Part shown: one piece after another, positions 10,749 to 21,400 of the stretch | Layout: every line of letters begins with the position of its first letter | Position numbering within the stretch: position 1 is the first letter of the stretch | Source of the DNA: an uncultured virus (IMG/VR IMGVR_UViG_3300021197_001546) | Taxonomy: Duplodnaviria; Heunggongvirae; Uroviricota; Caudoviricetes | Virus record (IMG/VR): IMGVR_UViG_3300021197_001546 | Length of the DNA: 36,713 nt | Strand: one strand, 5' to 3' | Made by a program: the position numbers and the translations under genes | Notes under the pieces: model-generated | What the model saw: only the letters and a program-made list of their open reading frames with translations | Told to the model about the DNA's origin: nothing | Database searches by the model: none

Positions 10749-12979
10749 TTAGCACCACGGAACACAAAGGTTCCTGTGTAATCTCTTCCGGCTGATGGAG
10801 TTGGTAGTTTTCCTGTTCCTGCAAACGGCGAGTAATCTACCGAGATTGATTGAGTTTTGCTTGTTGCTGCCAAACCACTTAGCGTAGTTGCGTTATAGAT
10901 GCTAGAAAGTTGACTGACAACATCATTTTCTTTTGCCCGTCTGTAGATCGAACAATCTGATTGGAAGGCAGCCAATTGTGCTTCGGTGATCGGAAACGAT
11001 GATCCTGCAAGATCGTAGAAGAACAATGACTGGGATAAAGAAACTCCACCTACACCCGTTGACAATAATGACTTATTCATTCTTGTCATATCATAATCGC
11101 CTGGGGAGAATGTCAGAACCCTGCTTCCGAATGCCGCACATGCACCAGCAACACCGAATAGGTTTTTGAAGTCGCCGCAAGCACCACTGCTCCCAGTCAT
11201 ACCAACATAGAACATATCTCTCATGCTATTGGTTTCTTGTTGGTATCCGAGAACTCTCTTGAGATTTGTCACGTTGGCACCCTGAGCAGTGATACCAATG
11301 ATTTCACCTAAGAACGGGTGTCTAGATGTACTATTGGCTGGATTGGTAGTCCCCGGTGTTCCGTCTGTTAGTCCTTCATCATATCCCTTGACAAAACCTT
11401 TAGTTTTGGAAAAGGAACTTGAACTTCCCGTTTGTCCATAATTTGATATTAGTAATATTCTTCTGTCGTCGTCATATCCGACAACGTTAGCATTAGTCTC
11501 CAGTGGTTGGTGACCATCTTCGGTGAATAACTGACAACCACTTGGGCCATTCATATTGAAAAGTAAACTTGTATATGTTGATCCTGTGACACCACCTGTG
11601 GGAACCGCGAATGTTGTTCCTACCGCCATCGTAGAACCAGTCGCACCGCCCATGAAGTAGATTCCGCTTCCTGTAACAGTGTCGGATGCCCATAACATTT
11701 CTACTTCGTCGATCCATCCTTCAAAGGGCAAAGAACCATCTGACCTTGCTCCAATGACAAAGGGTGCATCCGTGACATTAGAGAATACTACTTCGCTTCC
11801 TCCGATAGCGTCAGTTGCAACAAGAGTTCCGTTTACATAAATTCTCACTTCTTTACTTGGTGCAACCTCAACCTGAATGTGATTCCACGAAGTTATACTT
11901 ACCAGTAATGTTGCGATAAAGGAGTTGTCTAGATCACTCCCGCTAGCGTTAGTCGAATATGTGAATGTGAGACGATTCGCGCCGCTGTGTGTATACTTCA
12001 GTTCATAGACACCAGTCCCCGCTGCATTAGCCTGACTGACCAATACCATGTCTTTGCCTGGCGAACTTGAATTGAACTTTGCCCAGAATGATAATCTAAA
12101 GTAAACGGAGTTGCTGGAATCCGTGGGAGTAAAATCGTCTGAGTGATCTATTGATAAGTGAGTTCCAGTGCTTCCTGTGACTGGAAATCTAGCAGACGAG
12201 TGACCGAACTTGTATGCACTTCCATCATGGAATGCTGGATTGCCGGCTGATCCTGAAACACTATCGGGATTATTATTAATGACAGGATATCTTGATTGAC
12301 GTATATTTTCGGAATATGAATATACACCACACCCTTCGACACTAGCACTTGCTCCGTGAGTGCTTCCTGACACTTGTTGGAGACGAATCATATGGAATCC
12401 TGTTGATCCACTGCTAAATGTAAATGTATCGGCCGTTGATCCTCCGGAACCCGTTGAACCGAGAACTTTTGACGTTCTTACTTTTCCTTGATCATACGAA
12501 CGAAATTTATAGATTCCGTCTACTAAGGTATATCCAGTATTTAAGATCTGGAAGTTGTCTCCCCGAGTGAGTTTTAATTCGTCGAACTCCGTGGGATAGT
12601 TGAAGTCAAAGAACATTGTGGAACCCGAACCATAATATGCTCCGTCTAGGGTAGATCCGTATCTGTGCTGTCCGCCTAGAATAATTTTTCCTACGACCTC
12701 TGAGGTTTGTTGAATTCTCTGAGGAATAATGTGACGAGTTGGTCCCGAAATATCGATGTCATGAGATTTGCCTTTTTCTGATCGCAAGATCTTAGGCACA
12801 TTCTGCTTTACGATACTGTCCGTTGTGTCTGCGAAAGATGCGAGTTTGATTCCCGTAGGAATAACCGCCATATTTTCATTGCTGTTTAACGGTCTAAGAG
12901 AATTTTCGTGACTGTATGGAATGTTTTCTTTTACATTTCCTTCGTCGTCATAAATTAGGATACGTTTTTCATCACTCAT
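10745..12979 (-). CDS. Virion fibre/adhesin with a concanavalin A-like (LamG) domain and a possible DUF4376-like C-terminus
   Basis: LamG-type pattern: YKFGHSSARF, FRLSFWAKF, WNHIQVE, VRIYVNG, FVIGA...FEGWIDEV, TSLLFNMNG. The C-terminus FYDLAGSSFPITEAQL...IYNATTL resembles helical tail-associated domains. Confidence 0.7.
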   Translation of the reverse strand: MSDEKRILIYDDEGNVKENIPYSHENSLRPLNSNENMAVIPTGIKLASFADTTDSIVKQNVPKILRSEKGKSHDIDISGPTRHIIPQRIQQTSEVVGKIILGGQHRYGSTLDGAYYGSGSTMFFDFNYPTEFDELKLTRGDNFQILNTGYTLVDGIYKFRSYDQGKVRTSKVLGSTGSGGSTADTFTFSSGSTGFHMIRLQQVSGSTHGASASVEGCGVYSYSENIRQSRYPVINNNPDSVSGSAGNPAFHDGSAYKFGHSSARFPVTGSTGTHLSIDHSDDFTPTDSSNSVYFRLSFWAKFNSSSPGKDMVLVSQANAAGTGVYELKYTHSGANRLTFTYSTNASGSDLDNSFIATLLVSITSWNHIQVEVAPSKEVRIYVNGTLVATDAIGGSEVVFSNVTDAPFVIGARSDGSLPFEGWIDEVEMLWASDTVTGSGIYFMGGATGSTMAVGTTFAVPTGGVTGSTYTSLLFNMNGPSGCQLFTEDGHQPLETNANVVGYDDDRRILLISNYGQTGSSSSFSKTKGFVKGYDEGLTDGTPGTTNPANSTSRHPFLGEIIGITAQGANVTNLKRVLGYQQETNSMRDMFYVGMTGSSGACGDFKNLFGVAGACAAFGSRVLTFSPGDYDMTRMNKSLLSTGVGGVSLSQSLFFYDLAGSSFPITEAQLAAFQSDCSIYRRAKENDVVSQLSSIYNATTLSGLAATSKTQSISVDYSPFAGTGKLPTPSAGRDYTGTFVFRGAK

Positions 12980-14900
12980 TGACCTGTACTCCGTTAATTT
13001 CTACAGTTCCATTCTGTAAAGAATACCTATTTACTCCCCTTGCTCCCAGATCAGCATTGGATAATCTTATGACTGTACCATAGGTTACATTGCAAGAATC
13101 TCCTGATGTATTTGCATGTTCGCTGATAGTGATTCCGTCACCCACTATGATAGAATTGTACATACCCTCGAAGCAGTTTTTTGCGTAGTTATTAACAGCG
13201 ACATCATATGTGCTGACATTCCCCATCGCAGTGACAGTGAAGCATGAACCAACTTCTCCTGATACCGTATCAAATCCCACATTGTTAAACTTCGAGTATA
13301 AAACTTTACAGCAGGCAGAATCTGTACAGAGCACTCCTGCTGCATCGGCTTCTGAATGAAAGAAAGGTCCGATTATAGAATTAGCATTTTCTGCGATCGA
13401 GACGGCATAGTCCATATTGTCTCTGCTGTCCGATGAAGATAACATGACAGAACCGTTTTTGTCTGCATAGTATCCGTATCCATTTCGGAAAGATAAACAC
13501 CCAACGCATTCTATATTGGAGTTTAGTTTACCACCAAATCCGATTCCTGATTGAGTATTGACAGAAAAACCGACAGTCGAATTCTGTACGTTGTATAAAG
13601 ACATACAACGGTTAGCATTGATATCACTGTTACGAGTTGCAATATAACCATGTCTGCCGCAACCTATTACTGCACAACTCGACAGATCTGCATCAGAGTG
13701 ACCATTTACGACGATTCCGTCATTCCAGCAGCCCGTGACAAACACACCATTCAATACGCACGATGAACCGTCACAAATTAGGATACCAGTTTTACAGTTC
13801 GATACTGACTGGTAAGGATTCATGGTGGTACTGGTTTGGGTTAGCAGAGATTTGTTTTCTGTTCGGATCCCCGTGTCAAAATTGGCAACGACAATTCCTT
13901 GACCTAACTTGCATACGCCACTATCAGTGACAAGAATACCTTCCGACTTTAAAGGAGTCGCTGTGGATTCTGATGGATCACGACCTTCAAAAATCAAGTC
14001 TTTGATTGTCAGTGTTGCATTGTCGATTTTCAGTGCTGTAATGTCACCAATAACTTGGATGGTAGTTCCGACGTATCTTACAGGAACACTTGCGTTCGGG
14101 CTAACATATGGAGTAGTTCTTCTGGGATCTGCTAAAGATTGATTTCTGTTCGTAACGGCTCCTACTACATCAGTCCAAGGATTGATATTACGAATTCTGT
14201 TGTCCAGTAGTATCGAAGAAGTTCCAACATCATTGGTGTTGGATTTGATTTTTTGAGCGCCATAACCATAAAATCTTCGTAGTGTTACTTGAGTTTCGTC
14301 ATACCTTTGTACATCGGTGTTATCGTTCAATGAACCTAAACCGATGGATGACGTATTATAAGTCATCGGAATTTCGTAACTTGAATCTAAAGGCGATATT
14401 ACGACATACTTCCCTGACGAATCTCTCAGTGATTGAGGAAACGGATTGATGGACGTGAAAAACTTTGCGGTCATATTGTATCTTTGACCTTGATCATATA
14501 CTCCGTTTTCGTTCACACTACGAACAATTTTCTTGTAAGTGCTTGAACCTACTCTACCCACATATGAAGTTGTATCGGTGTAAGATGAAATTTCAGAAAT
14601 TCCACTAACTAGACCTTCGGATCCTTCTAAGGTTATTCGATCTGATTGAGGATGATCCATGACGAGAGTTTCTGATATTTTATAAACTCCAGCCGCCAAT
14701 CGAATGGTAACTTTTGCTTCTTCTAAAAATGTGTAATTCTTCAAGAAAGCAAACGCTTTCTTTACAGTTCTAAAAGGAGTCGATTCGGACAATCCAGCGT
14801 TCGAGTCACTACCTCTAGGAGAGACATGGACAACAACATCGGTTCTGAAAATACCAACCTGATCTCTTTTTCGTTTTATTGATCCTACTTCGCTACCCAT
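12972..14900 (-). CDS. Right-handed parallel beta-helix (pectin lyase-like) tailspike-type protein
   Basis: The N-terminal VHVSPRGSDSNAGLSESTPFRTVKKAF...IRLAAGVY is the typical beta-helix cap. The C-terminal half has ~22-aa repeats of the form N/C-x-x-G-I-x-x-x-x-x-S. Confidence 0.75.
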   Translation of the reverse strand: MGSEVGSIKRKRDQVGIFRTDVVVHVSPRGSDSNAGLSESTPFRTVKKAFAFLKNYTFLEEAKVTIRLAAGVYKISETLVMDHPQSDRITLEGSEGLVSGISEISSYTDTTSYVGRVGSSTYKKIVRSVNENGVYDQGQRYNMTAKFFTSINPFPQSLRDSSGKYVVISPLDSSYEIPMTYNTSSIGLGSLNDNTDVQRYDETQVTLRRFYGYGAQKIKSNTNDVGTSSILLDNRIRNINPWTDVVGAVTNRNQSLADPRRTTPYVSPNASVPVRYVGTTIQVIGDITALKIDNATLTIKDLIFEGRDPSESTATPLKSEGILVTDSGVCKLGQGIVVANFDTGIRTENKSLLTQTSTTMNPYQSVSNCKTGILICDGSSCVLNGVFVTGCWNDGIVVNGHSDADLSSCAVIGCGRHGYIATRNSDINANRCMSLYNVQNSTVGFSVNTQSGIGFGGKLNSNIECVGCLSFRNGYGYYADKNGSVMLSSSDSRDNMDYAVSIAENANSIIGPFFHSEADAAGVLCTDSACCKVLYSKFNNVGFDTVSGEVGSCFTVTAMGNVSTYDVAVNNYAKNCFEGMYNSIIVGDGITISEHANTSGDSCNVTYGTVIRLSNADLGARGVNRYSLQNGTVEINGVQVNE

Positions 14901-14915
14901 TTATTGATTCCTTAA

Positions 14916-16265
14916 TCAAAGTGGTTGACATTCTTCGCATGTTCCGTCGTCTTCGTCTGTGTCTGCACCGTCATCTGTGCCCGCATCTCCGCCCTCGGTG
15001 TCTGTGCTATCATTCGAACCCGAACCAGCAGATCCAACATCACCACCTAAAAGACTTCCAGCAACACCGAGTTGAATCGCTAGAATATTTAGCACGGCAT
15101 TTTGTACTCCTGCCGATTCTAACTCATTAGTTGATATAATTTCTAAAATAGTTTTATCGTCTGCATTCGGAAAAGCGAGACATGTTACCTGTTCTATATC
15201 ATCGGTGACCGATCCCGCCCTATCACCAAATTCTGATGGTGAGACGATATAAATCGGATCAGTCGCGGCCGAAGTATTGTAAAACTGTCCGTACTTCAAT
15301 ATGTTGTTGCCCGAAGATCCGTTCGAATCGTTGAGATTGACATAGATCGTTGCACCCGCTGATGGGAATTTTGCTGTAGTAATTCCTTCGTATGAACCAA
15401 TTGTCCCTGCATTCGCCTCAAGAGATGAACCTCGAATGATTTGTCCTGATGCAATTCCCGTGACCTGTGCTCCAATCATGTCAATGAAACTTGTACTAGA
15501 GGAGATATTCTCGATCTGGGATGCATCAACTCCGCCTTCTAGTTGAACGGTTCCGATATCTAATGTATCACCAAGATATGTAATTGCTCCAGGCAAATTT
15601 CTGTGAGTTGATTTTGCCGCTGTTGGTCCTGCATGGAGGAACATATTTAATTCGGTGTAGTTTGAACCACTAGTTCCTATGAATTTTCCAGTGATGCTCG
15701 GAACATTGTATTGTAGAGTGTACTTGACCCAATCTGTTGATAGGTTAATTTGCTGTCCCTCTACCTGAACTGCATCAGATGCGGTTCCTCCGTCTCCGAA
15801 TTCATCAGGTCCACCCGATATTCCAAACACCTGAGTGAAACCAACAGACATTTGTTGGCCTATTGTGTGTCCTTTAGCATGGAATTGTAGGGTAACTGTT
15901 TTATCTTGCATGAGACGAACATTGGGTATTCTCTGGGAAAATGTGATCTGGTCGTTACCCGATGCTCCTGCTACAATCTTTCCGCCATACATGCGAGTAT
16001 AGTAGACTGGATTTCCTTCTACTTCAGTCTGACCCAGTGTATGCTTTCTTTTTTCCATCACGAAATTACTTGACGTAGTTCCATCGTCGGGATAATAACG
16101 ACAAAACCAGTTATCTGGACCATTAACCAATTTAATAGTTTTGACCGGAGCGGTTGCCGGGAAAGAGATACCACGACTCCACTCGTCAAATGCGGGGTTG
16201 GAGAGGAGGTTTCTTAGTGCGTCTCTTCCCAACGCACCCTTTAAACTAATTGCTGATGAACTCAT
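14916..16265 (-). CDS. Fibre-associated protein with a carbohydrate-binding-like jelly-roll domain and an acidic C-terminus
   Basis: RNLLSNPAFDEWSRG...QRIPNVR...VTLQFHAKG...WVKYTL...VQLEGG, paralogous to the C-terminal domain of the 1232-aa protein. Confidence 0.65.
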   Translation of the reverse strand: MSSSAISLKGALGRDALRNLLSNPAFDEWSRGISFPATAPVKTIKLVNGPDNWFCRYYPDDGTTSSNFVMEKRKHTLGQTEVEGNPVYYTRMYGGKIVAGASGNDQITFSQRIPNVRLMQDKTVTLQFHAKGHTIGQQMSVGFTQVFGISGGPDEFGDGGTASDAVQVEGQQINLSTDWVKYTLQYNVPSITGKFIGTSGSNYTELNMFLHAGPTAAKSTHRNLPGAITYLGDTLDIGTVQLEGGVDASQIENISSSTSFIDMIGAQVTGIASGQIIRGSSLEANAGTIGSYEGITTAKFPSAGATIYVNLNDSNGSSGNNILKYGQFYNTSAATDPIYIVSPSEFGDRAGSVTDDIEQVTCLAFPNADDKTILEIISTNELESAGVQNAVLNILAIQLGVAGSLLGGDVGSAGSGSNDSTDTEGGDAGTDDGADTDEDDGTCEECQPL

Positions 16266-16266
16266 C

Positions 16267-18468
16267 TCAAATTGCTCCTAGATCTAAAATTTGATATGAA
16301 CATATTCTGGGAGATCGGGTGGTGTCGATTCCGCCCTGACCATAACCCTTCCATTCAACACTAAGCCAGGGAGTTCCAGAGGCTGGAACTTCATAGTAGA
16401 TGGGAACCATTATGCTGTTCGCAGCCCGACCATCTCCGTCCGCTCTGTCTAGAGTTATGAATTTGATGTCATCTTCTCCCAGAGTAGGGGCCCCGCCAGT
16501 GATCGCTCTTGCTCTGACTATAACTTTCGACATCTCATTTTGAAAGTTGTAAACTCTAAGTCCCAAGAATAGTAGAATTTTTCTACCCGCGAAAGAACTA
16601 CCCCCAGTCTGGGTGGAGGAGATCGCAGTTGAATTTACTTTATAGGTATAGTTGTTAGAAAAAGCCTGACCTGGCGGTGTGCCAATATCATAATTGGTGA
16701 AGGTTCTGTAATCGTCGGCACCAATCTGAGTGCCGGCATTGGAAGTGTAAGCGGTTGGACCAATTTCAACCGAATCTATAGCCTCTCGAATACCTTGCTC
16801 GGTTACTATCTGAGTGTCAGACGCCGATCCTGCCGCTCTTACTGTTCTTTGTACATTTTGAATTACATCATTATCATTATGGAATCGAAGACCCTTTGAT
16901 CCAATGTGAAGGGATGCATTTGTCGATGCGGCAATACCAACACCAACCGAGAGATTTGTTCCATCATCACTAGTTTTGACATCAACCCCCACGTTGCCTT
17001 GATTTTCTATTCTGAATGTTTCTTGTGACAATCCATTCAGATCCACGGCAAACCCTTGAGTCAGTGCAGTATTTCCAATTTTGAATCGGGGCAATCCAGC
17101 ATCCATTACAATCTGAATGGTGTTCTCTGCACTGTCTGGGTAATCAGTAAAGAGTCTATATGGTCTATACTTTGCTCCATCGGGAGACAACGCATCATAG
17201 ATCAGAATATCTCCTGAACTCGCAGAAATTTCTGGTGCGTTAACGTCAGCAAGATCACTTAATTTAAATGCGGCAGTCAGATTATCAAGAAGTGCGGCCT
17301 TTGCTCTCGGTGTAATTTTAATGATCCAGTTCATTGCCTGATACGGAGGAACATTAGGAATACCAGAACTTCCGCTAGTGGCGAAATTACCATCTCCACC
17401 GATATTTGTGGTCGTGTATTCTCCACCAAATTCACCTCGATGAATCGATGTGATATTACTGGGAAGATCGACGGCAGTCAAAGCGGCACCTGCTGCTGCT
17501 TGTCCTAGAATAAACTTACCACGCAGATCAGGTTTTCTTAATTTTTCTATGGTAACAGAATCAATAGTGACTGTTATATCAGAGGATGGCTGAGATACGG
17601 TAGTAGAGATTGTACCACTATGACTTGTGTTTACTGATACAGGAACAACCAAAGATGGGTTTAATCCTGATCCGAATTCAATGTTGTGGGGCCTCAGTAC
17701 ATCGGATTCTGTATGAAGATGGTTAATTTCGACTATAACGTAATTGTCAGTCTTTTCTGTAACAATTCCGCTCGTTTGAAAACTTGTACCTCCACCACTT
17801 CTTGCTTCCACATAATGACCAACCAGAACCGTACTGGGAATAGTAGCATTTACCTTTACATAATACCCAAACGTTTTTCCTAGTCTTGTATAAAGATCAG
17901 GATAGTCAGCAACATCAAGTCCCCCTCCATCACACAAAGACCATGTGTTTGGTATATCGGCAGACGATCCTGCGTAGGGTTCAATAGTTCCAACGGGCTG
18001 AATACCGTCTAGACTAACAACAGAAGTTCCTCCGATGACAGTTCCGACATAGTTTGTAATTACGCCCGTATTTGCTGCCGTTCGAACCAATACGGGTTTG
18101 ATCACGGCACCAGCAGCAGTGGGGGGAGTCTTGGTCAAAAGTCCTTCGGTGGTATCAGAAAGGAAAAATACATCATCGTCGGCCAATGTAAAACCTGACG
18201 CGAACGTACTTATATCAACCTCTCCTGAATATGTTACGGTAAAGTTATCAGCACCAACGACCGAACTAACAACACCAATCACTTCTGAGTTTTGGGGTTC
18301 GTCAGCCTTTGCTAAAACATACTTATTGCTTCCTACTCCTGTTGCAGCAAGTCTGTTATAGCGAATAGCCTGACCAACAACAAAACCATGACTTGATTGT
18401 GTGATACTGTTGGCGATTCTTGAACCGTCTCCAACACCACCCGTAAGTTTAATGTGACTTTGAGCCAA
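16267..18468 (-). CDS. Tail fibre protein with a phage tail-collar domain (TTG start)
   Basis: Collar motifs PVGTIEPYAG, WSLCDG, YPDLYTRLG, PDLRGKFILG and PPYQAMNWIIK. AAAGGAG lies 7 nt before the TTG. Confidence 0.75.
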   Translation of the reverse strand: MAQSHIKLTGGVGDGSRIANSITQSSHGFVVGQAIRYNRLAATGVGSNKYVLAKADEPQNSEVIGVVSSVVGADNFTVTYSGEVDISTFASGFTLADDDVFFLSDTTEGLLTKTPPTAAGAVIKPVLVRTAANTGVITNYVGTVIGGTSVVSLDGIQPVGTIEPYAGSSADIPNTWSLCDGGGLDVADYPDLYTRLGKTFGYYVKVNATIPSTVLVGHYVEARSGGGTSFQTSGIVTEKTDNYVIVEINHLHTESDVLRPHNIEFGSGLNPSLVVPVSVNTSHSGTISTTVSQPSSDITVTIDSVTIEKLRKPDLRGKFILGQAAAGAALTAVDLPSNITSIHRGEFGGEYTTTNIGGDGNFATSGSSGIPNVPPYQAMNWIIKITPRAKAALLDNLTAAFKLSDLADVNAPEISASSGDILIYDALSPDGAKYRPYRLFTDYPDSAENTIQIVMDAGLPRFKIGNTALTQGFAVDLNGLSQETFRIENQGNVGVDVKTSDDGTNLSVGVGIAASTNASLHIGSKGLRFHNDNDVIQNVQRTVRAAGSASDTQIVTEQGIREAIDSVEIGPTAYTSNAGTQIGADDYRTFTNYDIGTPPGQAFSNNYTYKVNSTAISSTQTGGSSFAGRKILLFLGLRVYNFQNEMSKVIVRARAITGGAPTLGEDDIKFITLDRADGDGRAANSIMVPIYYEVPASGTPWLSVEWKGYGQGGIDTTRSPRICSYQILDLGAI

Positions 18469-18486
18469 TGTAAATCTCCTTTAGAG

Positions 18487-18494
18487 TATGTATG
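18487..18494 (-). promoter_or_regulatory. Putative late promoter variant CATACATA
   Basis: It lies in the 26-nt intergenic gap just upstream of the AAAGGAG RBS. An identical octamer precedes gp25. Confidence 0.55.
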
Positions 18495-21400
18495 TCACAG
18501 TTCAGCAGATGCTGTATAGTTACAGTGAGCGGTCACATAATAATGAGCATTCCCATCATCTTCAATTGTTATCGAGTGAATACCTCGGTGCGATGACAAT
18601 TTCGACGTAACTGCTATATCCGCTGCCGTTCCGCTGCTCAAGTTCGGAAGAAGATTAGTGGTACTAAACTGAGCCAAGTGTATAGTGTTTTCGGTTCCTG
18701 CTGAACCGTATATGGAACATCCCGGGATCGCACGCATTTGTACAGGGAAATCGATATCAACACTTGCAGTGTGATTTATGGATAATTCGGTGAAGGCAAC
18801 TTTAGAGGGGAAGCCGCTCGTTGTCGGAGCAAGATGTGGAGCAAGCGATTTGTTGTAGTATCTTTGGGCCAGTGTCAACTCTGCACCAGGCGCAAGAATT
18901 TCAAACTCTGTTGCTCGGGCACCTTCTTCAACTTGAACCTGTGCAACTTCTAATACGCTGTTACCGCCCAAATCAATATTGGATCCGGTATCATTACCCA
19001 GAACACCACTTCTCAACTGGGAAAAGATAGACACCGCAAAGAAACTATTATCGTAACCATTACTGTCAGTCTGTTCTGCTTTCCCGTTCGGAATTGGCGG
19101 AACATATGTGGTAAGAACATATTTTTGCCAGTTTGGACCAACACCAACAGTTTTTAGGATAGTTCCATCCCGATTAGATCCTGCACCACCATAGAATCTA
19201 CTGTAACCAACAGCCACTGAGCCAATAGTGCTTGACTTAGCCCAGAAAGAAATTGTCATGTTCTTGCCGGCTAATGTTCGAACATCTTCAATTCTTTGTT
19301 CCAGTCCATACTTTCCTTCCGTGGTACTGGCAAATCCAGAACTAGTGGGTGTCGTGATTTTTGTGTAATATCGTGGATTATTGGGAACGATGGTCTGACT
19401 GAGAGAGAAATTATCTCGTTCAATTTTTGATCCAGACGGACTCGTTACACTTGATGTTCTCACCCATCTATCTGCGAAGTAAACCGATCCATCTCCAGTA
19501 AAAGCAGAATCGGTGCCGACTGCTCTTTGCCATAGGTTGAAGTTTCCGTTGATGAGGAGGTTCTTTCGGTCTGTATATGATTTTCTCTCGCGGATGATTG
19601 TGTTGTCACTAACCTGTCGGAATCCCGTTATCCAAAGACCGATACCGTCGCCACTGTCGCTTTGATACCTTGAGTTATCCTCGTATGCTCGATAAACAAA
19701 TTTTATTTGAATTGACGACGTGCCTGGATTGATTGTAAAATTAAAACTTCGACCTTCAGAATTTGCGAGTCCGGAAGTTGATACGTGCCTATAACTGCTC
19801 TCGTTATTACCCTTAATAAAAACGTACCCATCAGTAAAATCATTGTCATGAAAGGAACCAAGTTCAAGTTCTCGAACCAGTTCAATATTAGTGCTCGATG
19901 GTAAAATACTTTCAAGAGGAACCTGCAAATCATAGGAGACGAATCTGACATCGGGCGTGGGTGTGGTATTCATACCCTCTATGGGTGGATTCGCACTACC
20001 AGAATCAATTACCTGATTACCCGTCCGATTGGAGGTCATGATTCGTCCACCATAGGACACCGAGAAGTCCCGTGTTCCCGAAAATCCAAAGTTCTCTCCG
20101 TTGTTTACGGTCCAATCCCACTGGGAATCGTCGATCGGAATACGCTCAAGATCACCACCGAGAATCTGTGTGCCGTCTGTTAGTGGGTTCACGCCCGCAG
20201 CACGAATCAGATAGACAAGGGCGTAGTATGGTGGGCGGTTTTCGTGAGACTGACCACCTCCCGTAGGGCTCGTGTTTGTTTCGGTCCCGCTATCTGGACT
20301 TTGATCAAAACCACTACCGGAGGAACTAGTGTCCTGTGTATTAGTTCTTCCAACTCCGTGATTGTGGCTTGGCATCTGATTCACGGTTAGGGTGACGTTA
20401 TCCTCACCGCCCGAATCGCCCACGTTGTACGAATTCCCAGACGCAACAATAAATCTATCCCTGAGATCAGGAAGAATAAAATTACTTGGATTGATCGGAT
20501 CATCTAAATCGGTAAGTAAAATTGTCTCTTGTAATCTAGAGTAAAGAGCAGAGTAATCTGATTTACTTACGGATTGTCCTTCGCACACAAGATAACCATC
20601 GGGAGCGGATGAAGTTGAAGCCAATCCATGATATGGAATGATTGCACCCACTGGTACATCAGTAATAATGTCATCTTCTACTTCAGATTCAAGAAGAACA
20701 CCTCGTTGAATGGAGACAATCCCTTGATCGGTATCTGTTGCTATAAACAGAGGTTTGTCAATTGTCCCGTCTGTGACTAATCGATTATTTGTGATATTGG
20801 GAGCATTTGTTGGTGTGCTATCTTTGAGATAGTAAATATCGCCTGGAACTAATGCAACTGCATTAACCAATGAAAATTTACCAGACATCACTAATGAGAA
20901 TGTGTTCGCATCCCCGCCAATTCCTATTTCTTCAACAATACCAACAATATCACTTGTATTTTCAGTATCATTTGGGAGAGCAATACCGCGAGAAAAGTTT
21001 CCAGATGTGTTGGTGGAGTAAACTGCATCACCAGCAGTGAATCCGTGACTCGCTTGTGTAACAAAGATTTTGTTTGATGTCAATGCTTGAGAAGCCTGAT
21101 TGATCAGAGAAACTTCTCCCCCGATGTAATTCTTTACAAATCCCCGATCACCAGTAAGACCTATGATAATTGTCTTCTGGATGTCTCCATTGCTAACAGG
21201 TTTAACACCCGTAATGTTTCCGCTGGTAGAGGTACTAACGAAGTAAGCAGAACCTGCAACCAAAGTAGCAGACTCGTCAGAAACACCAGAGAAGTTACCT
21301 ACGATTTCGCCTTGGGTTGTTATTTCGAATCTGTCGTTTGTTAAAATTCGAGATACTACACCTACCGCTTCGGCCGTTGTTGGTGAATCAGCCAATGCTT

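Noticed and set aside
16487..16494. GGGGCCCC palindrome resembling the gp18/gp19 hairpin arm
   Set aside because: It lies inside coding sequence (Gly-Ala-Pro) with no loop, and is likely chance.
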